Shown here: one piece after another, positions 30,177 through 40,558 of the stretch | Layout of the letters: every line of letters starts with the position of its first letter | Position numbering within the stretch: the first letter of the stretch is position 1 | NCBI GenBank assembly: GCA_965219685.1 | Contig: CBDCOH010000002.1 | Span: 2,048,001 to 2,112,000 of the forward strand | Direction of reading: 5' to 3' | Source: Candidatus Spongiisociaceae bacterium | Lineage (GTDB): Bacteria > Actinomycetota > Acidimicrobiia > Spongiisociales > Spongiisociaceae | DNA: 64,000 nt | Made by a program: the position numbers and the translations under genes | Notes under the pieces: model-generated | The model's database searches: none | Seen by the model: the letters and a program-made list of their open reading frames with translations, nothing else | What the model was told of the DNA's origin: nothing

Positions 30177-31630
30177 ACCTCCCCAACCCAACCGGACACA
30201 ACCAGTGGTACCCGTTCGCCAACCGCCCCCTGCCTCCCGAGGTCGACGGCTGCGCGGTCAACCCGGCGGCGATACCGGTCTTCGATTCCATGCCCCTGCC
30301 GCGCAGCGCCCGCTTCGTGGTGGTCGGAGCCGGTGTCCATGGCCTATCGAGTGCCTACCACCTGGCCATGTATCTCGAGCGATCGGGCATGGGCAAGGGC
30401 AGCGACGTGGTGCTGATCGACAAGCAGGGCCCGGGCGCCGGCGCCACGGGCCTGGCCTGCGGATGCGTGCGCAACCTCTACATGACCAACCCGCTGCACG
30501 CCATCCTGCGCGCCAGCGTGGAAGTGTGGGAGTCCGATCCCGTGAACTTCGGATTCCAGCAGGTCGGCTACGTATCGGTCGGCGAAGCGAACCAGTATGA
30601 GGACTACATCGAACTCCACGCCTCCCAGGCGGCCAGCGGATACCCGTCAGACCTCTACACGGGATCGGACGCGCACGCCTTCCTGACCAAGCTGTGGCCC
30701 GACTTCAAGACCGAGAACTGCGACGTGGTGCTCCACGAGCACCGCTCCGGATACGCCGGTACGCACATCGCCGTGTGGGGCCTCGACCAGAAGTGCCGCC
30801 AGTGGGGCGTGCAGCGTGTCTACGGGACCACGGTCACCGGCTACGAGCGGGACGCGGCGGGCTCCGTCACCGCGGTCGAGACCGACCACGGATCGATCTC
30901 CTGCGACCACGTGGTCGTCGGCGCCGGGGCGTGGACACCCCAGCATTGGGAGTGGCTCGGGGGACCGTCACACCTCGACGTTCTCTACCCCGACGGTCAC
31001 GTCGAGGAGCAGATGGACATGTGGACCTACTGGCGCCTCCTCGAAGGCGAAGTCATCCTTCCCGAGGGCGTGGACTTCCGGACCGCCCAGTACCGGGACT
31101 CGCCTGTCCTGCACGTGGAGCTCCTGGACACGCCGGTCTACGGCGAGGACGGGACGATGATCAAGGACCACACCTACGTGTACACGCGCTACGCGGCCGA
31201 GCGGGTGGGCGCTCCCGGCCTCCAGGGCGGGACGATCCCCATCAAGATAGGACCCCGAGCGGAGGTCGAGCCCTACGGCCACCTCAACGACCTCTACCAG
31301 GCGGAAGAATGGTTCGCCGACTACTACTGCTCCGCCCTGGGCATGCTCTTCAAGCGGCTCGAGAACCTGAGGCCCTACTTCAAAGACCGCCGGAACGGTG
31401 GGATCGGCGCGTTCACGCCCGACAACGTGCCCGTGTTCGACCATCTGGCCGACAACGCATGGGTGATCGCCGACTCCAACCACGGTTTCAAGATGATCGG
31501 CGTCGGCAAGCTGACCGCTCAGATGCTCGTCTACGGAGAGAAGCCCGACGAGTTGAAGCCGTTCACGCTCGACCGGTACCGCACCGGCAGCACGTTCGGG
31601 GACCGGAACTCGAACAGCCCGTGGGTATAG
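30173..31630 (+). CDS. FAD-dependent oxidoreductase, N-methylglutamate dehydrogenase A / SoxB-like
   Basis: [47 protein letters not shown]. Confidence 0.8.
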   Translation: MNLPNPTGHNQWYPFANRPLPPEVDGCAVNPAAIPVFDSMPLPRSARFVVVGAGVHGLSSAYHLAMYLERSGMGKGSDVVLIDKQGPGAGATGLACGCVRNLYMTNPLHAILRASVEVWESDPVNFGFQQVGYVSVGEANQYEDYIELHASQAASGYPSDLYTGSDAHAFLTKLWPDFKTENCDVVLHEHRSGYAGTHIAVWGLDQKCRQWGVQRVYGTTVTGYERDAAGSVTAVETDHGSISCDHVVVGAGAWTPQHWEWLGGPSHLDVLYPDGHVEEQMDMWTYWRLLEGEVILPEGVDFRTAQYRDSPVLHVELLDTPVYGEDGTMIKDHTYVYTRYAAERVGAPGLQGGTIPIKIGPRAEVEPYGHLNDLYQAEEWFADYYCSALGMLFKRLENLRPYFKDRRNGGIGAFTPDNVPVFDHLADNAWVIADSNHGFKMIGVGKLTAQMLVYGEKPDELKPFTLDRYRTGSTFGDRNSNSPWV

Positions 31631-31828
31631 GAAGGTACTGAGAGACCCCTTGCGAGAGGGTTCGCGCGGAAGTCGCCCGCCCGCAGGCCAGGTCGTGTCC
31701 GGTGAGAGAACCCCGCAGGTCTCGTGTCCCGGTACCCTCTTGGGGTGGTCGGCAACCCTACGGCGAGAGCAGGTCCATCGGTGAGGTAGGCCGGACTGCC
31801 GGACCGCGAGCAGGAGGGGTGGTACTCC

Positions 31829-32635
31829 TTGAACACCCAACCCGATGCACCTGTAAGGGCTGCAACCTACCTGGGCGAGAACAGCCTGCCCATCATGGAC
31901 GATCTGGTTCAGTACCTGTCAGTGGCGACCGGCATCGATGTGGTCGTCGATCCCGCAGCAGCCAGAAGTACGGCCGAGGCATGCCGGCAGGCCCCCAAGC
32001 TGGATCTCGTGTGGATGTGCGGGTACCCGACCGCGTTTCTCATCTCGACGGGCCGGACAACCCACGAGGTCGTAGCCGCGCCCGTCTTCGCCGGATACAG
32101 GCAGCCTGTCTACCACTCGGTGATCATCACCCGGGTGGACGGTCCCTCGTCTCTCCATGTCGCGCTGGAAACAAGGCTGGCGGTGAACGAGCTCGAGTCC
32201 TGGTCCGGGTTTCTGGGGCTCAAAGCCCATGTCGAACGGTCTTTCCCCGGTGCCTGGTTCGCCGATCAGGCAGTCACCGGTTCGCATCGGGCCTCGATCC
32301 AGGCTGTGGCGGATCAGGTGTGTGACGTCGCGGCCATCGACGTCACGATCTGGGAGCACCTACTGGCGACGGAACCGGCGGCAGCCACAGACCTCCGTGT
32401 CGTCGACCGAACCGTAGACTGGCCGGCGCCACCCTTCAGCATCGCTTCGCACCTCGACCCCACGGTGCGAGAGTGCCTCACCGCGGCCCTAACCGCGGTC
32501 GGACCGGCAGACGTACCGTTGCTCGACGGCGTCGCACCGGCCGACTGCGATATCTACCGGGAGGTGATGCTTGCCCGATCAGGTATGGCTCCGAGTTCGT
32601 TGATCCTCCAAGCGCGAGACGCTGACCGGAAGTGA
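31829..32635 (+). CDS. PhnD-like substrate-binding fold protein, no signal peptide
   Basis: WMCGYP, YHSVII, SWSG, TGSHRASI, DVAAID. Confidence 0.75.
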   Translation: MNTQPDAPVRAATYLGENSLPIMDDLVQYLSVATGIDVVVDPAAARSTAEACRQAPKLDLVWMCGYPTAFLISTGRTTHEVVAAPVFAGYRQPVYHSVIITRVDGPSSLHVALETRLAVNELESWSGFLGLKAHVERSFPGAWFADQAVTGSHRASIQAVADQVCDVAAIDVTIWEHLLATEPAAATDLRVVDRTVDWPAPPFSIASHLDPTVRECLTAALTAVGPADVPLLDGVAPADCDIYREVMLARSGMAPSSLILQARDADRK

Positions 32636-32687
32636 TGGCTATTGTCGTCGCTCCGCTGATGGTCGAGACCGGAACATCGCACTCTCG

Positions 32688-34262
32688 CTACGGATCGGTG
32701 GTCGGTTCGATACGCACGGGACGGCGGACTTTCTTCCCGTTCAACATCGTTCCGATCGGGGTGTAGCGGACCAGGAACTGATAGCTCAGCAGGAGAAACG
32801 CTGTGACCACCACGGAGATCATCAGAAACTTGGCCTCCGCCGGCACGTCCCAGTCCCGCACGATCGCCTGCGCGAGCACCACCACCGGGAGGTGGGCGAG
32901 GTACATCCAGTACGAGGAGTCGGAGAGGTAGCGGACGCCCCGACGTTCCCCGGGAATCAACACCCGGAACAACCCGATCAGGCCGAGGCACATCCCCCAT
33001 GCGTAGGCCACCTGGAGGACCGACGCCACCGGCCAGGAGAAGAGCTCCGGCTCGAAAGTGACGGCGAGCCCGGCCGGTAGAACGACCACGAAGGAGACGG
33101 GCAGGAAGAGCCACCACGGTCTCCCGACCGTGTCGACCAACTCCGTGCCGCTACGGCCACGGCGCCGGTACATGAGAGCCCCGAACGCGAAGAACGTGGT
33201 GTAGTAGACCAGGACGTGGGGTAGCGGGACGAAACCGTCCGACGTGTCGGGTCCGAAGACGGGATAGGCGCCGCCTCCGCCCATGGACAGCTGCGGGACG
33301 ATCGTAAGGGGGATCATCGACCACATGACCCACCGCGGCCACCTCGCCTGCCGGCTGGCTTGGGCAGTCCGGCGCTCCGCCACCCAGGCCACCAAAGCGA
33401 AGCCTGCCACGAGCCACAGGAGGAACCAGAGGAACCAGAGGTGATAGAAACGTTGGATGGAGGACAGGTCCAGCCCGTCGGCCGCGTCGTTGTCCTCCTC
33501 CCGGTCGGCGGCGCCGGCTCCCCAACCCGGGACCTCCGCCCACTCCATCCCTTCGGGCAGTGGTTCCCCACCCCCGTAGGAGACCAGCAGGTCGGCAGCC
33601 TCCCCATGGCCGAAGTGGAAAGCCACCCCGAGGGGCGTCTCACCTTCCGAGGCGGTGGCCACCGGCGCCGGCTCGGCACCGCGCGCGAGCAGCAACTCCA
33701 CCATCCCGGTGTCCCCCGTGAAGGCCGCGGCGTGGAGTAGCGTCCAACCGCCCGGATCGCTGCGGAGGTCGACGTCGAATCCCCGGTCGAGCAGCTGCTC
33801 CACCCCCGCCACATCTGCGGTGAAGACCTTCCCCCAGATGTCATCGTCGGCGACCTGCGGTGCAGGCGCGGACTCCACCGCCCAGTCACCGACGAAGGTG
33901 GTCAGCGGAACGATCGTGAGCAGCCCGACCAATAGCGGGAGGGCAACCCGCCGCAGCCGATGGCTGAGCAGCGCGCCGAGACCGCGGCGTCGCCACAGAA
34001 GGGCGGTGAAGAACCCGCTCATCAGGAAGAACACCGGCATCCGGAAACCGTGGACAGCCCAAAGGAACTCGTCGAACAGCCCGTCGAGACTCGACGTGCG
34101 GTCCTGCACCCACCAAGGCGCCGGGAAGAATGCCAGGGAGGTATGGAGGCCGATACCGAGCAGCATGGCGAACCCCCGCAGAGCGTCGAGGTCGTACCGG
34201 CGACGCTCCACGGACCTGATGTCCGGGGATGGCGGTTCCAACGAAGTCAAGGGAGTAGGCAC
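32688..34262 (-). CDS. Acyltransferase_3 (OpgC/MdoC-like) with ankyrin-repeat insert
   Basis: DLDALR, FRMPVFFLMSGFF, HLWFL, SYWMYLAH; GWTLLHAAA and GETPLGVA ankyrin motifs. Confidence 0.85.
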   Translation of the reverse strand: MPTPLTSLEPPSPDIRSVERRRYDLDALRGFAMLLGIGLHTSLAFFPAPWWVQDRTSSLDGLFDEFLWAVHGFRMPVFFLMSGFFTALLWRRRGLGALLSHRLRRVALPLLVGLLTIVPLTTFVGDWAVESAPAPQVADDDIWGKVFTADVAGVEQLLDRGFDVDLRSDPGGWTLLHAAAFTGDTGMVELLLARGAEPAPVATASEGETPLGVAFHFGHGEAADLLVSYGGGEPLPEGMEWAEVPGWGAGAADREEDNDAADGLDLSSIQRFYHLWFLWFLLWLVAGFALVAWVAERRTAQASRQARWPRWVMWSMIPLTIVPQLSMGGGGAYPVFGPDTSDGFVPLPHVLVYYTTFFAFGALMYRRRGRSGTELVDTVGRPWWLFLPVSFVVVLPAGLAVTFEPELFSWPVASVLQVAYAWGMCLGLIGLFRVLIPGERRGVRYLSDSSYWMYLAHLPVVVLAQAIVRDWDVPAEAKFLMISVVVTAFLLLSYQFLVRYTPIGTMLNGKKVRRPVRIEPTTDP

Positions 34263-34419
34263 ACAGTCACCGCCGCGGAGACTACCGAACCTCCAGGGAC
34301 AGCCGACCGAGGATCAGCCAGCCGGTCGTGACAACCCACCGGCCCATGGTTTGCTGGAATCGGGTCAGTCGTGGGGAAACATGCGAGTAACTCCGACGGA
34401 TGGTTGTAGTGGCAAGCTC

Positions 34420-34650
34420 ACCGCCCTCAGATCGCGAAAACCACCGCCGCGGGTCCCCGCTCCGGGCCCACCCCCGCCACCACCCTTCCTGGGTTCTGGG
34501 CACGCCCATCTCGCCCTTTGAAGGCCAAGGTTCCGGTTCGTGATCCCTCGGGCGGCTGAATGACGTCGGGTTCGAGCCGCGCAGGTGTTTGCTACACCCA
34601 TACTGCAACAGGGAGGCGACGGACTCAACCCCTTCGCTCCGAATAGTTTT
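34420..34650 (-). repeat. Degenerate copy of the DUF222-gene 5' module
   Basis: Colinear blocks shared with 44230-44470 and 53443-53590. Confidence 0.55.
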
Positions 34651-34766
34651 CGCGCAGTTTCGCCTGGGCAACCGTTCCTTCCGACACCGCTGCCACCAAC
34701 ACCAATCCGCGTCGGGGTCCCAGTCGACACGACCACCTTGGCAGTTGCTCGGTACGTGTTCCGGGG

Positions 34767-35123
34767 TCAATTCCCGCGAGCGAGATCCAACACCAAGGCA
34801 ATGCCCCCCTCGACCATGCGCATCGTTCCGGCATCCAGTCTCCCGACCGATTCGGAGAGCGCGGTTTTGTTGAGCGTGGCAACCTGTGAAACGTTCACTA
34901 CGGAATCTCTCGCCAGGCCAGAGGTCCCACGCTGAATGAGAACATTCCCCGGCGCCGCGGCCAACCGCAGGTTCGAGGTGATGGCCACACAAACCACCGT
35001 CGCGATCCGACTCCTGTTGAAGCGGTCGCTCGATACGACCAGAATGGGCCGCCGATAACCCGGCTCGGAACCTACAGGATCGCGGAGCGTCGCCCAGCAT
35101 ATTTCGCCGCGCTGGATCACCAA
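34767..35123 (-). CDS. mazF: MazF/PemK toxin
   Basis: QRGEI.W, GSEPGYRRP, ITSN, DSVVNVSQ. Confidence 0.93.
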   Translation of the reverse strand: MVIQRGEICWATLRDPVGSEPGYRRPILVVSSDRFNRSRIATVVCVAITSNLRLAAAPGNVLIQRGTSGLARDSVVNVSQVATLNKTALSESVGRLDAGTMRMVEGGIALVLDLARGN

Positions 35124-35350
35124 GGATCGGATAGAGCTTGTCGCTGCAACTCGAGGAACTCAGGAGAGACCTCTGACGGCTCATCCGAGTACAAGGCGTC
35201 GAGGCGGGCCGTAACCTGTTCGGAGTCCTCGCGAGCCAGCAGACCCTCCAAAGCCTCGGCGTACAAACTCGACCGTGAACACCGGCGCCGTTCCGCCAGC
35301 CGTTCGGCCGCTTCGAATACAGCGTCGGGAATGGAGACCGCTACCTTCAT
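35117..35350 (-). CDS. RHH antitoxin (ChpI/MazE-like)
   Basis: MKVAVSIPD, SRSSLYAEAL; overlaps mazF. Confidence 0.85.
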   Translation of the reverse strand: MKVAVSIPDAVFEAAERLAERRRCSRSSLYAEALEGLLAREDSEQVTARLDALYSDEPSEVSPEFLELQRQALSDPW

Positions 35351-35356
35351 CTCCCG

Positions 35357-35376
35357 GAGTATAACCGAGTATGACC
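35357..35376 (-). promoter_or_regulatory. TA operator direct repeat / leaderless -10
   Basis: GAGTATAACC-GAGTATGACC; TATACT on the minus strand just before the ATG. Confidence 0.6.
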
Positions 35377-35420
35377 ACTATCAACGAGGCCACATCCCAC
35401 GATGGGCCGACCGAGATGAG

Positions 35421-37256
35421 CTAACCCCACAATCTCGATCTCAGACCCGAGGCGCGCTGGACCGATCTCTGTATCGCCAGACGGATGACCGGTTCCTCGC
35501 CGACGACCGTGACCCGGCGGGAAGCCCTGGTGACCGCGGTGTAGAGGAGTTCCCGGGTGAGGAGGCGCGAGCTCTCCGACGGCAGGGAGACGACCACTTC
35601 GCCGAACTGGGAGCCCTGGCTCTTGTGGATGGTCAGGGCATGGACCGTGGTGTGATCACCCAGGTAGCCGGGCGGGAAGACTCGCAGGCCACCCCGTTCG
35701 AATACCACCCGCAGACCGCCGGCGGTCCGTACGACCACACCTATGTCTCCGTTGTAGAGACCGAGGTTGTAGTCGTTGGCGGTGATCATCAAGGGCCGTC
35801 CGGGATACCACTCCCCCCCGTACCTCAGACCGGGGAAGCGCTCGTCGAGGGCGTCCTCGATGTCGCGGCGCCACTGCTCGACGCTGCCCGGACCCTCGCG
35901 ATGGGCACAAAGCACCGCCAGAGCGCCCAGTCGGGCGAGAGCAGCCTCCTCGTTTCCAGGTTGAGAGGCGGTCTCCACCAGCCGGACCCGTTGGTCGAGT
36001 ACTCGCCCCGTCAAGTCCCGGAAGGCGCCGCCCGACCGGTTCCTCACCCATTGCAGAGCATCCGGGTCCGGGTCGAGAAGGGCGACGGCCCGGTCGGGAA
36101 CACCGTCCCGCACCGCCCCGGCGAAGTCGGCGATCGAGCCCTGCTCCTCGAACCGGTGGACACGCTCCAGGACCACCACCCGGCCCGCTATGGAAGCGGG
36201 AGCCCCGCTCTCCCCCCTCGCTGGCGAGTCGGCGGCGGGACCCACGATGTCGGATAGGACCGTACCGGCCTCGATCGACTCCAGTTGGTAGGGATCGCCG
36301 GCCAGCACCAGAGATGCACCGTCCCTGACGGCCGCCATCAACTTGGCGGCCAAGGGCAGGGAGACCATCGACATCTCGTCCACGATGACCACATCGTGAG
36401 GAAGCGGGTTCCGTTCGTGATGGGCGAACCGGCTTCTCTCCCGCGAGAACCCGAGCAGGCGGTGGATGGTGCTGTTCTCAACCGAACCGAGCCGCTCCGC
36501 CACGATCCTGCTGTCCGTATGAGCGGCGTGCTCCTCGACCACCTCCTTGAGCCGGGCTGCGGCCTTGCCGGTGGGAGCGCAGAGAGCCACCCTCGGGAAG
36601 CTCCCTCGAAGGTGGGCCAGCGCCTCGAGCATCTTGGCCACGGTGTAGGTCTTGCCGGTGCCCGGACCGCCCGCGATCACCGTCAGCTTCCCGGCCAGAG
36701 CCCCGGCGGCCGCGGCATGCTGGAGGTTCGGCCCGCCTTCCGCAAGGGGCGGTAGGAGGTGATCAAGCGCTGCCCGGACCTCCCGCGCGAGGTCGGTAGC
36801 CGGAGCCCGGGCCCGGGCTTCGATCAGGTCGAACAAGCGTTGCTCGTAGCGAAAGTAGCGCTCCAGGTAAAGGCGACCGTCAACGTGTACGAGGGGTTCG
36901 TCGCCCCTGCCGTCGCCGACCATGGGGCTGTCGCGGACGGCCGATGGCCACTCGACGGGATCGGGCCAGGGAAGCCCCTCGACCACCTCCGGAGGTTGAC
37001 CCTCGACCACCAGGGCTTCGCGCTGGTTTGCGACATCTATGCAAACGTGCCCGAACCGCGTGCCCCGAACCGCCAGCGCAGCTGCCAGGAGGACCTTCTC
37101 GTCGGTCTCGGCCCACAGGCGGGCTACGGCCGTTGCCGCGTGGACATCGAGGGGCGACAGTGCACCACCGTCGTTGAAGCGGGCCAGCAAACCGGAGGCA
37201 TCGACCACGATCCGGGGTCCGGCGGTGGCGGCTCCGATGCGTGGCGTTGCGGTCAC
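35421..37256 (-). CDS. recD: Exonuclease V alpha subunit
   Basis: LYLERY, GGPGTGKT, VDEMSM, TIHKSQGSQF, ELLYTAVTRA. Confidence 0.95.
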   Translation of the reverse strand: MTATPRIGAATAGPRIVVDASGLLARFNDGGALSPLDVHAATAVARLWAETDEKVLLAAALAVRGTRFGHVCIDVANQREALVVEGQPPEVVEGLPWPDPVEWPSAVRDSPMVGDGRGDEPLVHVDGRLYLERYFRYEQRLFDLIEARARAPATDLAREVRAALDHLLPPLAEGGPNLQHAAAAGALAGKLTVIAGGPGTGKTYTVAKMLEALAHLRGSFPRVALCAPTGKAAARLKEVVEEHAAHTDSRIVAERLGSVENSTIHRLLGFSRERSRFAHHERNPLPHDVVIVDEMSMVSLPLAAKLMAAVRDGASLVLAGDPYQLESIEAGTVLSDIVGPAADSPARGESGAPASIAGRVVVLERVHRFEEQGSIADFAGAVRDGVPDRAVALLDPDPDALQWVRNRSGGAFRDLTGRVLDQRVRLVETASQPGNEEAALARLGALAVLCAHREGPGSVEQWRRDIEDALDERFPGLRYGGEWYPGRPLMITANDYNLGLYNGDIGVVVRTAGGLRVVFERGGLRVFPPGYLGDHTTVHALTIHKSQGSQFGEVVVSLPSESSRLLTRELLYTAVTRASRRVTVVGEEPVIRLAIQRSVQRASGLRSRLWG

Positions 37257-40200
37257 GACCGGTGTCCCGCGAACAGATCGCTGACGGCGACGATCGTACG
37301 AGTCGGCGGGGACCACCTCGCTACGCCGCACCGCTCGCCCCGCACGACCGGGGTGGCCGGACCGATCATCCCCCGGACGAACAGGTAGACGGATCCGCCC
37401 AGATGCAGGGAAGGGTCGTATCCGTCCAGGCGCCATTGCAGGTACCGGTGTAGTGCAACCTGGTAGAGCAATGCCTGGAGCACGTAGTTGCCATGGTGCA
37501 TGGCGGCGACGAGCGGCTCCGGTCCGTAATCAGCCGCATCCGGAACCTCGCCGAGGACGGGAAGGGTGTTGGACTTGAAGTCCATGACCACGTAGCGGTC
37601 CCCGCCGCGTCCGGGCATGACGGTGACCAGGTCGATCCCTCCGGCCAGGAAGCCGCGGAACCGACTGGATGCCAGGTCGCCCAAGCGAGCGAAGTACCCG
37701 AGGTGGGGGTCGTCCCGGGGCAGGTGGTCGAGCACGACCCGGGCGATGTCTTGCAAGGCGATGGTCGGGGCCGAGGTGCGGAGCGCCAACTCGAAGTCCA
37801 GTTCCTTGAGAGTCCGTCTCGGGTCCAGGTCACGCAATGTGGGAGCATCGTCGCCGGCTCCGAGGGGAGTGTCCATCGCGGCGGCCAGAGCGTTCACGAA
37901 TGCATCGACTTCGAAGTCCCACGACGAGTGGCGGGTCAGCCGGCCCAGCTCGGATCGGATCGCGCCGCCCAGATCGGGCGCGTCGAAAGGCACGCTCTGC
38001 AAGACCTCATGCACCAGCGACCCGAAACGCGGCCCGCGGGGTAGTTGCTCCATCAGCAGCCCGCCACCCTCCCCGGCCGGTTGCCCGTCGTCCTGAGGTT
38101 CATCGACCCGGTCCGGGTCTTCCTTCGTGTCGGTCTCCCCGCCGAGGGGACGGTCGGGCGAGAGCGACGAGAAGGAGACCCGCCGCCAGAAGTAGTCGAG
38201 GGGCCGATCGAGGCGGGCGCGCTCCAACTTGGCGGGACCCGTGTCCTCCCCCGGGAAACGCACCACGGGCCGGGGCTCGGCGACGATGGTCTGGTCGATG
38301 GTCCCTCCCGACGATTCCACGAGCCTCTCGATACCTCGGTCCGGGTCGCCGCCGCGGGCGAGAAGCTGGTGCAGCTTGGTCCTGGCCGAAAACTGGGTGT
38401 TGGCTACCCACCACACGACCAGCCGATGCCTGGCCCTGGTGAGCGCCACGTACAGCAACCGGCCCTCCTCGGCGGCTTCCTCGGACATGGCGATCTCCTT
38501 GTGCGAGTCGAAGCCGGGTGACGTGGGACCTCCCACATCGATGAGACGCCCCCTTGGCTCCCCCGGCGGGCCGGGTTCGGGATCGTGGAAGATGGGCAGC
38601 CTGGGGGTGATCCGGGGCATATCCCACAGGTACGGGACCATCACCACCGGGTATTCGAGACCCTTGGCCGCATGGATCGTCAGTACCTGGACGGCGGCCG
38701 CGTCGGTATCCAAGCGCCGCTGGCGTGATTCGGCATCCTCGACGTTGTTCCTGTCGTTGCGGACCGCCTCGTCGATAGCCGCTTCGATCCACACGACCAG
38801 CGACCCGATCCGGCCACCCCGCCAGGCTGAGTGCATCTCCTCGGCGATGTGGCTCAGGTCGGTCAGCTCCCTCTCACCATCGGATCGGGCGAGGATCCGA
38901 GCAGTCAGACCGGTGCTCCGGTCGATGTCGGAAAACATGGTCGGCACCCCGTGGTCGTGCAGCAGCGCCTGCCACCTCAGGAACCGCTGCCGTAGAGCGA
39001 GGATCGCGTCCTCCCGGAGGTCCGCGAGACGGCCGGGAGTCATGCCGTACAGGACGGTCGTGGCCGCGATGCGCAGGTAACCGGCCCGGCTGGGTCTCTC
39101 CACCGCCAGCAGGAATCGGCGCCACTGCTCGGCCGCGTTGGTGTCGAACACGCTTCCGGTTCTGGCCACCACCGACGGCACCGCGCTGACCATGAGTTCC
39201 TCCCGGATCGTGGCGACCTGGCGGCCCGTTCGGCACAGCACAGCGATGTCACCCGGTCCGATCGGCCGCGAGCCGCCCCCGTCGTTGATGAGGACCCCCG
39301 ACGTAAGGAGCCGGACCGTCTCGGAAGCCAGGTCCGCCGCGACCGCTCTCCTTGCCTCCCCGACGTAAAAGAACGGTTTGTACTGGTAGCGCCGGAGGGG
39401 AAAGTCGTCGGAGATGCGACGGATCTCCAGCGGAGGACCGGTCCCGGAGATGCGACTCTGCCGGTTGCGTCCGGCCGGCTGCAAAGGGCGGTGTCCGATA
39501 CGGTCGTCGCCGAAGGTGGAACCGGCCAGGATCGTGTCGATGGCAGCCACCAAGGGTCCGTCGCTGCGCCAGTTGGTTTCCAGGGTGCGGTGGGTGGCGG
39601 CGCGGTCCGCCGCCGATAGGTAGGACTCGATGTCCGCACCCCGGAACGCGTAGATCGATTGCTTGGGGTCTCCTATCACGACCAGCCGCGACTCGTCGAA
39701 AACCGCCCTGAGGATCTGCCATTGGATGGGGTCGGTGTCCTGAGCCTCGTCGACGAGAGCGATGGAGTAACGCCGCCTGAGAAGCTCGCGGGCTCCGTCC
39801 CCTATCCGTGGCTCGATCAACGCGTCGCGGGCCTCCACCAAGGTCTCGTCGAACGTGACCCTTCCCTCCGCCCTTAGCCGCCGGGAGAGCAGGAGCCTCA
39901 TTTCGCCCGCCATCTCAGCCCGCAGCCTCGCCACACCCTCGACGGTGGAGGCGTCCGGAACTATCCGGACATCCGGGGTAGCGACGACCGCCTTGCCGAT
40001 GCCGGCCAGATCGTCCTGGGTGACCGTCCCGTCCACGCCGGCCGGGCCGGGCCCCGCGAATAGCCTCACCACCAAATCGCCGGCCGCCCGTCGCACCACC
40101 AGTTCGTCGATCTCGCCGGGCTCCAGGTCGCCGGGCAGGCGGGAGCGGAATCCGAGTTTCTGCAGCAGCCGGCCGGCGAAGCCATGGATGGTGAATATCT

Positions 40201-40558
40201 GGGCCCGGTCGAACTGGGTCAGGGCTGTGTCAAGCCGCTCGGCTTGGCGTGCCTGCCGGCGGGAGGACGACTGGAGGAGGAACCGCATGTGGTCGTCGGT
40301 CGTCGCCCCGACCCGGTCACCGCGCAGGGCGCGGAGCGAGACGACCATCCGGCGCCTGATCCGGTCTTTGAGTTCGGCGGTGGCGGCACGGGTGAAGGTG
40401 ACCACCAGGATGCGGTCGAGGGGGATGCCTTCCCCGGCCACCAGCCGGGTGACGGCGGCAGCGATCGTGAAGGTCTTCCCGGTGCCGGCGCTGGCCTCGA
40501 TGATGGTGCCGCCCGCTCCGATGGGCGCGTGGGGGTCGTAGGTGGCGACCTCGGTCAT
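37253..40558 (-). CDS. recB: Exonuclease V beta subunit
   Basis: EASAGTGKT, DEAQDTD, GDPKQSIY, YVALTRA, nuclease GGIDL..DFKSN. Confidence 0.95.
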   Translation of the reverse strand: MTEVATYDPHAPIGAGGTIIEASAGTGKTFTIAAAVTRLVAGEGIPLDRILVVTFTRAATAELKDRIRRRMVVSLRALRGDRVGATTDDHMRFLLQSSSRRQARQAERLDTALTQFDRAQIFTIHGFAGRLLQKLGFRSRLPGDLEPGEIDELVVRRAAGDLVVRLFAGPGPAGVDGTVTQDDLAGIGKAVVATPDVRIVPDASTVEGVARLRAEMAGEMRLLLSRRLRAEGRVTFDETLVEARDALIEPRIGDGARELLRRRYSIALVDEAQDTDPIQWQILRAVFDESRLVVIGDPKQSIYAFRGADIESYLSAADRAATHRTLETNWRSDGPLVAAIDTILAGSTFGDDRIGHRPLQPAGRNRQSRISGTGPPLEIRRISDDFPLRRYQYKPFFYVGEARRAVAADLASETVRLLTSGVLINDGGGSRPIGPGDIAVLCRTGRQVATIREELMVSAVPSVVARTGSVFDTNAAEQWRRFLLAVERPSRAGYLRIAATTVLYGMTPGRLADLREDAILALRQRFLRWQALLHDHGVPTMFSDIDRSTGLTARILARSDGERELTDLSHIAEEMHSAWRGGRIGSLVVWIEAAIDEAVRNDRNNVEDAESRQRRLDTDAAAVQVLTIHAAKGLEYPVVMVPYLWDMPRITPRLPIFHDPEPGPPGEPRGRLIDVGGPTSPGFDSHKEIAMSEEAAEEGRLLYVALTRARHRLVVWWVANTQFSARTKLHQLLARGGDPDRGIERLVESSGGTIDQTIVAEPRPVVRFPGEDTGPAKLERARLDRPLDYFWRRVSFSSLSPDRPLGGETDTKEDPDRVDEPQDDGQPAGEGGGLLMEQLPRGPRFGSLVHEVLQSVPFDAPDLGGAIRSELGRLTRHSSWDFEVDAFVNALAAAMDTPLGAGDDAPTLRDLDPRRTLKELDFELALRTSAPTIALQDIARVVLDHLPRDDPHLGYFARLGDLASSRFRGFLAGGIDLVTVMPGRGGDRYVVMDFKSNTLPVLGEVPDAADYGPEPLVAAMHHGNYVLQALLYQVALHRYLQWRLDGYDPSLHLGGSVYLFVRGMIGPATPVVRGERCGVARWSPPTRTIVAVSDLFAGHRS

